NCBI GenBank assembly: GCA_900128395.1
Contig: LT649242.1
Coordinates: 1-64,000, forward strand
Length of the DNA stretch: 64,000 nt
Source of the DNA: Stramenopiles sp. TOSAG23-2
Taxonomy: Eukaryota
Reading direction: 5' to 3'
Below, piece by piece: positions 1 to 8,844 of the stretch. A model generated the notes under the pieces. The model ran no database searches. It was not told the origin of the DNA and was given only the letters and a program-made list of their open reading frames with translations. A program made the translations under genes and the position numbers. The stretch's first letter is position 1. The number at the start of each line of letters is the position of its first letter.

Positions 1-177
1 TTGCATCGATAGTTTTCATATAACATTTTAGAAGATTCACCCGTGTGGATTGACACGATATTGAATACTTAATACTTTACCATAGTATCGACAATAACCA
101 TTACGTTTGTAAATTGGTGTTACTTTTTGATATATAGACGACTATATATACAATACGGAATTGCATTGTTACATTTA
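1..177 (-). repeat. Left inverted-repeat arm (partial)
   Basis: ttgcatcgatagttttcatataac...gcattgttacattta is the reverse complement of taaatgtaacaatgc...gttatatgaaaactatcgatgcaa at 5380-5554. Confidence 0.95.
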
Positions 178-188
178 TAAATAAAAGT

Positions 189-1232
189 ATGTCATCTAAT
201 GCCGAAATTAATGACAGATTAAAAGATTGTCTTGACAATTGGGGAATCTTAGAATGTAAGAAAAATATTTCGTTGTTGGCTCAAGTGCATTGTAATGGAA
301 ATGAAGAGTATGTGAACGCTTTTCTTCAAAAAACCATTCCCACATCAATTAACAAGCAGTTAAAATCTTTATCGAATGAGAAGTTATTATTATACCATGA
401 CAGTTATGATGACTTTACTCAAATGCTTATTACAATTTCAAATGATTCATTGATTGTAGAAGAAAATTTCGAGGATAAAAGTATATTTTCTAAATTTATA
501 ACAGACAAATTAAAAAGAAAAGTAGCAAATGATGAAAAAAATTTTGGAACTATTCTTACTTGCTCATTATGTACATGTAGTGTATATGTAAACAATAAAA
601 ATGAAAAAAATTACACAAATAATTGTATTTGTAAAGAACATCTTTTAAATGTGTCAACGAATATTTTCCGTATCGATAAAGAAAGTAACAAGCTTAAGAA
701 GATTTGTGTTTGCTGTGAAAATGAGTTTGCATGTCAAAACTGTGGTTGTTTTAAAGGACCATCATCTACTGATATAAACATTTCTTACTGCAGGCATAAT
801 CATGATAATAATAATACTTTTAATATCAATGTAAAAACTGGATTAAGAAATAAAATATGCCATTATTGTTTAATAAAAGAAAGAGAAGTGAAAAAAGCGA
901 GACGAGAAAAATTGAAAAAGGACAAAGAAAAAACAACATCGCTGTTTAGTAATTGTGTAATTAACATGCATGATAAAAGAAGAGCACCGAGAAAGGCATT
1001 AAATTTTGAGAAACAAGGTATTTGTAAAATTTTAAAAAATTATGAAAAGGATTATTATTCATTTGCAACGCCATTACAAAAAAAAGGATTATTAAAAAAA
1101 ATAAGAAGACAAACAAAAAATATATTTGATATAGAGCGTTTGGAAATATTAATGGAAGGTATTAGAGATGAAAATGTAAAACAAAATACAAATGATGTAA
1201 AAAAAGAAAGTGATACGCGTGAAGCAATTTAA
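189..1232 (+). CDS. Cys/His-rich putative zinc-binding protein with basic C-terminal region; second gene of the element
   Basis: 347-aa ATG ORF starting 12 bp inside the left arm. Contains CSLCTC, CICKEH, CVCC-CQNCGC, CRHNH and CHYC, followed by REVKKARREKLKK. Confidence 0.75.
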   Translation: MSSNAEINDRLKDCLDNWGILECKKNISLLAQVHCNGNEEYVNAFLQKTIPTSINKQLKSLSNEKLLLYHDSYDDFTQMLITISNDSLIVEENFEDKSIFSKFITDKLKRKVANDEKNFGTILTCSLCTCSVYVNNKNEKNYTNNCICKEHLLNVSTNIFRIDKESNKLKKICVCCENEFACQNCGCFKGPSSTDINISYCRHNHDNNNTFNINVKTGLRNKICHYCLIKEREVKKARREKLKKDKEKTTSLFSNCVINMHDKRRAPRKALNFEKQGICKILKNYEKDYYSFATPLQKKGLLKKIRRQTKNIFDIERLEILMEGIRDENVKQNTNDVKKESDTREAI

Positions 1233-1326
1233 AAACAATTTTTGTGTGTGTAAAAATGTTATATTCGTAAAATGTACGTAAAAAATTTGTATGTTAAACT
1301 ACACCGAAAGTTTATTTTTAATACAC

Positions 1327-4300
1327 TTACTCCATTGCAGAAATTTTGTCATTATCTTCAACAGCTAAAGTTCCAAATTCATCCGCATTTGGGCAAATGA
1401 AATGATCCTCGTCTGGATTGTCAAAACTTACACAATTGCCATCGCGGTTTAAATATGTCGGTTTTAAACATGTACAACATGCTTGAAGGTAATTACCTTC
1501 ATAGGAAGGCAATGCAATTGATTGTAAATACCGTTTGGTAATGTTTTGTGCTTCTATAATTTTTTCCTCAGAACCAAAATTATATTTCTTCTGCTCTATT
1601 TTCAATGCTTGAAGATTATATTCTACATCATCATCTAAAATTTTATTGTTACTTTGTTCATTTACATATTTCATATACAATCTTCCACGTTTAAATGTTT
1701 TCATGATATCCCGGCTATCACCTCCTTTCTTTATTATTGCTATGAATGAATTGACCGATTTTAATTCTTGTATTTGACAATCTGGTACAGTTTTTGATTT
1801 CAAGCTATGGACAACTTTATTTAATTCAAAGTCCAACTGTATATGACATTCATTATGGCAGCATGTTTCATCTTCTTTCGGTGTTCCATCGGGAATAGAA
1901 GGTCCAATAACAGTTACGTGATCCATTTTAAATTCCATCCGGTACTTCATTGATCCCCAATCAATTCGAATAATTTGTTTACTATAAACAACATGTAGGC
2001 ATAATTGATTTTTAAATGTATACACCTTGTTGTCACCATAATGTATTTCTTTTATTTTGAACTTGCGTGAATTTGGCGCTTGCTCATTCATAGGAAGTGA
2101 TGGTATAGTTGCCTGAATTTTCGCAATTAGAGTATCTTTCAAAACTTGTTGCGATGGTAATTCACTTCTGCTTAAAGTTGGTTTTATACACTCATATACG
2201 TCGCAATGTGGATCCATCATCCAAGGTTTAAACGTTGGAAGATCATTAGTTAAATTATCTTTCAATCTTAATATTCCAGCAATAGATTTATCTTCAATTT
2301 TATAATTTTTAATAAAAGTTTCTTTTGTTTGTAAATGAGATACATCTTTTCCAGCATACTTGCATGAGCCATAAATACATGTTCCGCAGCATGTATGAAT
2401 ACGTGATTTGGCATCTGGGTATTTTTTACAAATATCATTGTATAAATAATTTGTCCAAGCTAATAATTTTACTTCCTTTTTCTTGTCAACTATCCATTGA
2501 CTAGTAATACTTAACTGTGATCGACGGTTGTTTGTTGAGGCACGTCTATCTCGTTGTACCATCTGGGCTTTATTGCATTTTGCTGCACGCATTGCACGAT
2601 CTCCAATTCCACCAGCATTATTACTCATATCATATTCTTTATTACTTGAAACATGTTGCATTTCCAAACCTTCACCATCTGTTGCAGTTTTCGCTGTCAT
2701 ATTATCCAGGTAATACTTTTCTGAGTTTGTTTTTATACGATACAGTTGCTGCGATAATTCCACCGTGCCTCGCAATTGATATGGCTTAATTGCTTTATTT
2801 GATTCCATGCAACGGATTAAATCCACCAGGAAACATTGGCTTTTAGCTGCATATGGAACACCATCTTTGAAACGGTTTGCATTCATTGTTTGACAAGTAA
2901 CTGCAAATTCATGATTTACCATTTCTCTCATCCTGATAAAATCGCGTTCTGCATCTGAAAGTTTTGAACGATCAGGTAATGATAAACCACAACAAGCACA
3001 TGTTTCATTAAAAAACGGGGAAGTTAAAAATGGGGAAATTAATGCTAATTTCACAGCATCACCGCCATTAATTTTTAACGCACCATTTTCTTCAAGTGAT
3101 CTACTTTCAACTATGAAAGTATTTATTTTGTGGCATTCCCGTAGATGATCTATGTACTGTTTATACATTTTTTTCCCGCCATACTTGAACATCACCTTAC
3201 ACATAAAAACAAGGTGGTTGTTTGACATTGGTGTCATCACCACATGGAACATGCATGCCGCTGCATCATTTATTAACGGTGGCTTTGGCCGTCCAATATG
3301 CGATACGTAATTTGGTGCCATTGCCTCAACCATGTTTGTTCCTCGCATTAATGTTTCGCCATTGACACTACTTCTTAAAATTATACCCGTAGCTAACGTA
3401 AATGGAATTGGCAAGGTCCATCTTGGTAAAACATTTCTGCCTAATTGAGCATATAATCCTCCGCCATCCAAAATAGTATATAAATGCGGAATTTTCATAA
3501 ATTCAATTGTATATGAACTATCTTCATGATCATTTAACACCAGCGTTTTTCCATTCAAATCTTCTTTTTTAAAAAGTTGATTTATATAAGGTTGTAAATC
3601 TTTGTATTTGTCATTGTCATTTGATAATGCAAATTGTTGAAGATATCTGTGTCCACTAGCTTCTAATAATACAAATTGAATCGTAAATACTGTTTGATTC
3701 ACCGATTTCTGCAACACAACATTTCCAGATGCTAATCGATGTGCATCACTGTTTATTGTATAACAAACTTTAAACGGGCCGTCATCACTTTCATTCTTAT
3801 TAAATTTATCAATTTTATATTTTATTATCTCTAACAGAAGATACCGAAAGCTAGTCTCTTTTTTTAAAACTTCTTTGTAATACTCGAAGCTGCTTGGTCG
3901 TATTGCTAATCCTATAACGTTGTTAAAAACTATCGTCTCTATTTTATAGTCCCGTTGTTGCGCCATTTTTTTTATCGCACTTATTCCACTCACTTTAAAA
4001 TTAAAAGGTAAATACATATTGTGTGTATTATCCACCATTTCTTGTATTATAGGGTGAAAGGCATATTGCCATAGTCTATCAGTCACTTTTACAGCAGTAT
4101 AGATATTCAACATGAACTCATCCATTTCTTCTTTTAATGATTTTTTCCAACTGTTAACTATATACTGATTTAAAACATACGTAAAATATGGTTGAAGTCC
4201 ATAATGTATCAAATCATTACATAAAGCAACTAGTTGATCATTTAAAATCTCAACAGTCTCATTTTCTTCCTCGTCGTCAGTGTCAGTATCCATCATATTA

Positions 4301-5307
4301 AGACTATCATTATTTGCAAAATGTGTCAAATCAGTATCTGTTGCCTCTAACATTAACATCACTATTTTTTCCACAATAGTGGTTCTTTCTCTATTTCTTA
4401 ATTCTGAATACTTTTGCTGCTTCGTTTCACTACCATTACTATTTTTTGTAACGACATCTGTACAAGCATTAATGAAGTTGATTATCTTTTTTCCTTCTAC
4501 GGTTTGTAAGAACGTTGCAATATTACCACCTTTGTTTCCTACATCATCATTGTAAATGAATAAACATTCTTTTCTATTCCCTCCTATGCTTCTAATTCTT
4601 GCTTTGGTAATACAGATTCTAAGTTGATCACATACCTTTTTAAATCCTCCTATATCATTTTGAACCCAACTTTTAATTAATTTGATATCTTCTGATGATA
4701 GTGTTAAAATCATGTTTATCCATTTATAATATTTGCATTTATGATTTAATAATTTTTCAATTATACCTTGTTGCAAATGAGATAAATTCTTGTAATCATC
4801 GGTTGATTTGATTACATCGACAAGTTTATAATAATAGATACCAAAATTTTGGTAATCGTTGTAATGTTTCAAGCATTGTATGCCTAAACACCCAAGCCTA
4901 TCCATCATTTTATCTAAGTAGTTTCTATCTACTGCAGATAGTATAGTATCAACACCTGTATGTGCTTCTGTATCATTGTTACTATGACTAATGCCACTAC
5001 GACGACTTCTTCTTGTAGCTTTGTTTCTTTGATTTACAAGCTGTTGTGTTTTTTTAAACTCTTCAAAATTATCTAAAGTTTTCAATAAATGTAAACAACG
5101 ACGTTCAGCATCTGTTATTACTAATGGTTTTGGTGACATATGTTCACGCATGAACTCATACAGTCGTTTATTGCAAAACAATATACAACTATAATCTTTT
5201 AATCTATCTATTGCATATTTTAAAATAAGCTTTAGATTATCATCCGGTATCTTTTCAAAAGGAAAAGAAAAATCAGTTGCACAACTACCATCATATAAAG
5301 CAGACAT
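1327..5307 (-). CDS. RAG1/Transib/Chapaev-like DDE transposase with F-box-like N-terminus and Cys-rich C-terminus
   Basis: Uninterrupted ORF, first ATG at 5307. Motifs in RAG1 order: GPFKVCYTINSD, NDNDKYKDLQPYINQL, YTILDGG, CMFH, INGGDAVKL, DGEGLEMQH. Confidence 0.75.
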   Translation of the reverse strand: MSALYDGSCATDFSFPFEKIPDDNLKLILKYAIDRLKDYSCILFCNKRLYEFMREHMSPKPLVITDAERRCLHLLKTLDNFEEFKKTQQLVNQRNKATRRSRRSGISHSNNDTEAHTGVDTILSAVDRNYLDKMMDRLGCLGIQCLKHYNDYQNFGIYYYKLVDVIKSTDDYKNLSHLQQGIIEKLLNHKCKYYKWINMILTLSSEDIKLIKSWVQNDIGGFKKVCDQLRICITKARIRSIGGNRKECLFIYNDDVGNKGGNIATFLQTVEGKKIINFINACTDVVTKNSNGSETKQQKYSELRNRERTTIVEKIVMLMLEATDTDLTHFANNDSLNMMDTDTDDEEENETVEILNDQLVALCNDLIHYGLQPYFTYVLNQYIVNSWKKSLKEEMDEFMLNIYTAVKVTDRLWQYAFHPIIQEMVDNTHNMYLPFNFKVSGISAIKKMAQQRDYKIETIVFNNVIGLAIRPSSFEYYKEVLKKETSFRYLLLEIIKYKIDKFNKNESDDGPFKVCYTINSDAHRLASGNVVLQKSVNQTVFTIQFVLLEASGHRYLQQFALSNDNDKYKDLQPYINQLFKKEDLNGKTLVLNDHEDSSYTIEFMKIPHLYTILDGGGLYAQLGRNVLPRWTLPIPFTLATGIILRSSVNGETLMRGTNMVEAMAPNYVSHIGRPKPPLINDAAACMFHVVMTPMSNNHLVFMCKVMFKYGGKKMYKQYIDHLRECHKINTFIVESRSLEENGALKINGGDAVKLALISPFLTSPFFNETCACCGLSLPDRSKLSDAERDFIRMREMVNHEFAVTCQTMNANRFKDGVPYAAKSQCFLVDLIRCMESNKAIKPYQLRGTVELSQQLYRIKTNSEKYYLDNMTAKTATDGEGLEMQHVSSNKEYDMSNNAGGIGDRAMRAAKCNKAQMVQRDRRASTNNRRSQLSITSQWIVDKKKEVKLLAWTNYLYNDICKKYPDAKSRIHTCCGTCIYGSCKYAGKDVSHLQTKETFIKNYKIEDKSIAGILRLKDNLTNDLPTFKPWMMDPHCDVYECIKPTLSRSELPSQQVLKDTLIAKIQATIPSLPMNEQAPNSRKFKIKEIHYGDNKVYTFKNQLCLHVVYSKQIIRIDWGSMKYRMEFKMDHVTVIGPSIPDGTPKEDETCCHNECHIQLDFELNKVVHSLKSKTVPDCQIQELKSVNSFIAIIKKGGDSRDIMKTFKRGRLYMKYVNEQSNNKILDDDVEYNLQALKIEQKKYNFGSEEKIIEAQNITKRYLQSIALPSYEGNYLQACCTCLKPTYLNRDGNCVSFDNPDEDHFICPNADEFGTLAVEDNDKISAME

Positions 5308-5379
5308 TATATCTATATACAAACAGTTATTATATAGTTACGTTTCATATATGTGGTTGTCTATATCTAGAGTAAACAC

Positions 5380-6010
5380 TAAATGTAACAATGCAATTCC
5401 GTATCGTATATATAGTCGTCTCTATTGAAAATTAACACCAATTTACAAACGTAATGGTTATTGTCGATACTATGATAAAGTACTAAGTATTCAATATCTT
5501 GTCAATCCACACGGGTGAATCTTCTAAAATGTTATATGAAAACTATCGATGCAAGTTTTAATATTATATATGCAATATATATGTAATATATATTAAACGT
5601 TATTGTATATATACAAATGTAACACTGGTATTACGTATCGTATATATAGTCGTCTCTATTGAAAATTAACACCAATTTACAAACGTAATGGTTATTGTCG
5701 ATACTATGATAAAGTACTAAGTATTCAATATCTTGTCAATCCACACGGGTGAATATTCTAAAATGTTATATGAAAACTATCGATGCAAAATATGTAATAT
5801 ATATTAAACGTTATTGTATATATACAAATGTAACACTGGTATTATATATTGTATACAGTCGTCTATATCGAAAATTAACACCAATTTACACACGTAATGG
5901 TTATTGTCGATACTATGATAAAGTACTAAGTATTCAATATCTCACTGACCCGCTCAATACGGCCAAGAAGAATGTTATATGGAATCGATCGATGCGAGTT
6001 TTAGATATAA
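5380..6010 (+). repeat. Right inverted-repeat arm built from three tandem units of about 185-235 bp (5381-5614, 5615-5825, 5826 to about 6010)
   Basis: The block aaaattaacaccaatttaca.acgtaatggttattgtcgatactatgataaagtactaagtattcaatatct occurs three times; the third unit is visibly more diverged. Confidence 0.95.
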
Positions 6011-6140
6011 AATATCAATATGTATATCTATTTTACTATATTATATATTATCTCTCTCTTTCTTTATCTTTCAGTCGAACTATATATATATATATTATAA
6101 TGTATTACTATTGAAAAAATAGTCCACAATTGTGCATAAA

Positions 6141-6488
6141 ATTTGCAAATCTTTTTTTAATAAAATTGAATTTATAGAGTAATGTTAAGGTATATTAAAA
6201 TATCGCAATGGTCGTACTTTGGCGTTCCGATTGCGTATGGATAGTATAAATAATGGCATCATAATCAACAATGGCCTGCCTTAGCGCCTGCTGGAAATGT
6301 GGAATGTTGTGATGATTTGCAAATCTTTTTTTAATAAAATTGAATTTATAGAGTAATGTTAAGGTATATTAAAATATCGCAATGGTCGTACTTTGGCGTT
6401 CCGATTGCGTATGGATAGTATAAATAATGGCATCATAATCAACAATGGCCTGCCTTAGCGCCTGCTGGAAATGTGGAATGTTGTGATG
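6141..6488 (+). repeat. Exact 174-bp tandem duplication, possibly an assembly artefact
   Basis: atttgcaaatcttttttt...tgttgtgatg starts at both 6141 and 6315. Confidence 0.9.
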
Positions 6489-6664
6489 AAATAAATCAAA
6501 TAAAAAATTATTCAAAAAATAAATAAATAATAAAAATAGGCAGCACATAATAATTTCAATAATACCGACCGACCTGGTATAATAGCAATAATAATTCGAA
6601 ACAATCAATAATCATAATAATAAATAATTATTCTAATAATCCAGAAGATCTTTGTATAAACAAT

Positions 6665-6907
6665 ATGTCGGATACGTTGTCTGCAAGTCAACATGCTGCT
6701 AAAAATTATGGTGGTTCTGCATCGGACTCATCGCTAAGTGCATCTGAGTTAAGACGTCGTCATGGAGTTAGAAACAATAATCAAGATTGGGCTAATAAAG
6801 CAGCGCCTGGTGTATCTGTCAATGGCGATGATGGAAGTACAATGATTATAGGTGTTGTTGCTTTGATATTATTTATAGCAGTCGTTGCATTTTTCGTTCG
6901 AGGTTAA
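6665..6907 (+). CDS. Small tail-anchored membrane protein, unknown function
   Basis: 80-aa ATG ORF with coding-like composition and a C-terminal hydrophobic helix (MIIGVVALILFIAVVAFFV) followed by RG-stop. Confidence 0.65.
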   Translation: MSDTLSASQHAAKNYGGSASDSSLSASELRRRHGVRNNNQDWANKAAPGVSVNGDDGSTMIIGVVALILFIAVVAFFVRG

Positions 6908-7243
6908 TATATATATGTTTTTATTGCAGTTATATTATTTCTTGAAATTTCCTATCGACGAATTGATGAGGAATTGGATTTCTACCACATGTAGAGATAT
7001 ACAAACTGCGATTATTAAAACTTGCGCTTATAATAATCGTTTTGCTTTAAAATGTGCATTTGGTGAGTCGTACAATGACTTGTACCCCGGTACAATTTAT
7101 TCTCCGCCTTCCTATGATGTTCGTTTTTCATCAACTGCTACGAGTAGTTGATACCATCTATTTACCTTCATTGGTTTTCTCTATTATGGGAATATCAACA
7201 CATTAGTGTGAGATAGATTATTTCAGTTATCATATTGTATGAT

Positions 7244-7270
7244 ATTCTTTTGAAGAGTAGGAATTATCAT
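7244..7270 (+). repeat. Dispersed intergenic motif ATTCTTTTGA(A)GAGTAGGAATTATCAT, copy 1
   Basis: Same core at 14902, 31377, 41371, 62372 and 62504. About 7184-7290 also matches about 31327-31420. Confidence 0.9.
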
Positions 7271-7532
7271 CCATGAGTAAATTAAAAAACAAATAAATTA
7301 ATATATATATATATGCGTAAATTATTCTTTTATATATCATATGATATCATATCCTATTGTATCCTATACCCATCATATGATATCAATATGTATAATAATA
7401 TATGATATGCATATGCAAGTATGATATGATATCATTTAAACCAATCATACAATAAATATTTAAAAATAATATATGCTCTTTTTTACCACCACATACTTTT
7501 TTCGTATTATCTTGGCCTATATCATCATGCTT

Positions 7533-8318
7533 TTACGAATTAAACAAATTATATAAAAATGCTATACCTGCCAAGACAATACTAGCTGTGTGAGTTGATT
7601 TATGTAAAATTGCCCCTGGACCACAATCCATTTCTTCATAAAACGTTTCTTCATCTACTCCTGAATAAGACGAACCACAAGATTGACAGAAATTCTTAAA
7701 GTAACCGCCTTCTACCCTTGAATAATCGTCATCGCCTTCGCCCCAACATTCCCATAATTCTTTACATAACCAAAACATTGATGATTTTTTGCAATAGCCT
7801 ACTTCCTCGCAAGAACATTTAGAAACTGTTTTTCGTTTTGTAAAAGCCAAAAAATCGTATTTAGCGCACATACCACTACATGCTGCACCATGTTTCTCGT
7901 ATCTTCGTGGAGGGCCAAATCTCCCTGTCTTCAAAGTTTTCATGTCATCTCTACAACATTTTTCGAATTCGAAAATATGTCTTTCATTTGACAACGCTAA
8001 CTTTCGTACTTTGCATTCATCTGTTTCAAGCCCCAAAGGCTCGCAATCTGCTTTACTGCTGCATATAGTACCACCAGTAGGTTTACCATTTTTGTCTAAA
8101 TCGCCATAATCTGCACAACGACTAAAAAGAGCACAGGATCGATGGGCCGATTCTTGCACCAAGTAATCATTCCACTTCTTTAAATCACATTTCGAAGGGT
8201 TTACAGGAGCTTCGGTAGCTGCCGTGTCTTGAGAATATACAAATGGCACGTGACTACATATTATAATGACTAAAACAAAAAGACTGGTATTAATAATACA
8301 AGATGAAGCTATAGTCAT
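7533..8318 (-). CDS. Secreted or GPI-anchored cysteine-rich surface protein
   Basis: N-terminal signal-like segment ending VYS-QD, many cysteines, hydrophobic C-terminal tail with no cytoplasmic region. Confidence 0.8.
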   Translation of the reverse strand: MTIASSCIINTSLFVLVIIICSHVPFVYSQDTAATEAPVNPSKCDLKKWNDYLVQESAHRSCALFSRCADYGDLDKNGKPTGGTICSSKADCEPLGLETDECKVRKLALSNERHIFEFEKCCRDDMKTLKTGRFGPPRRYEKHGAACSGMCAKYDFLAFTKRKTVSKCSCEEVGYCKKSSMFWLCKELWECWGEGDDDYSRVEGGYFKNFCQSCGSSYSGVDEETFYEEMDCGPGAILHKSTHTASIVLAGIAFLYNLFNS

Positions 8319-8844
8319 GTTTACTATCGGGGAAAGGATTCACACAAGCTGTATATAGTAATTGCTTTGGTAATATGATATTATTAATTTGTATATATGT
8401 AAATTGCAATATATATATATATGAAAACAATATACTTTCGTAGATTGTATTATCTTAATTTAAATATAATAACGGGCGAGATGTAAATAATCATTTACAT
8501 TGTATGTGATAATATATTAATTAAAACAAAAGTAGTGTGCTAGTTGCAACCCAGCAAACCGGCAAACCACCGGCAAAGTGTGTGCAAAAAAAAAACTACT
8601 AGCCAATAGCAAAAAAGGCTGGCCTGGCTGGCAATAGCACCAGGAATAGAATGGGTTATATATACCTTAAATACAATATTTAAAAACACTGAATCGAGTG
8701 AGATATTTGAAATTCTCTCTATTGTGTACAAAGGTTGTACATACTGGTATGTGGTACAAAATATCATTAACATGTGGTATGATGCATATGACATTATATA
8801 AAATGTATAATATATATACAATGTATATATATATATCACATAAT

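Larger units (their letters stand above)
1..6134. mobile_element. Putative two-gene DNA transposon with a RAG1/Transib/Chapaev-like transposase and long inverted repeats; left end cut off by the window edge, right end uncertain (about 6010-6134)
   Basis: 1-177 is the reverse complement of 5380-5554 with few mismatches. These arms enclose two convergent ORFs 94 bp apart, and the large ORF carries DDE-type motifs. Confidence 0.8.

Noticed and set aside
189-1232. Calling the small element ORF a RAG2 homologue
   Set aside because: No kelch beta-propeller pattern and Cys spacing does not fit a clear PHD finger; only the position is analogous.
5380-6010. Tandem repeats considered as a CRISPR-like array
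   Set aside because: Units are about 200 bp with no unique spacers, the context is eukaryotic and no cas genes are present.
5749-6114. 121-aa ORF and the nearby 6369-6608 ORF
   Set aside because: They lie in repeats, lack ATG starts and have AT-rich non-coding composition.
6141-6488. 174-bp duplicate with a possible hairpin (CGCAAT...ATTGCG) and TGATGA, considered as a tandem ncRNA or snoRNA
   Set aside because: No recognisable RNA family or box C/D pairing; the perfect identity resembles the other probable artefacts.
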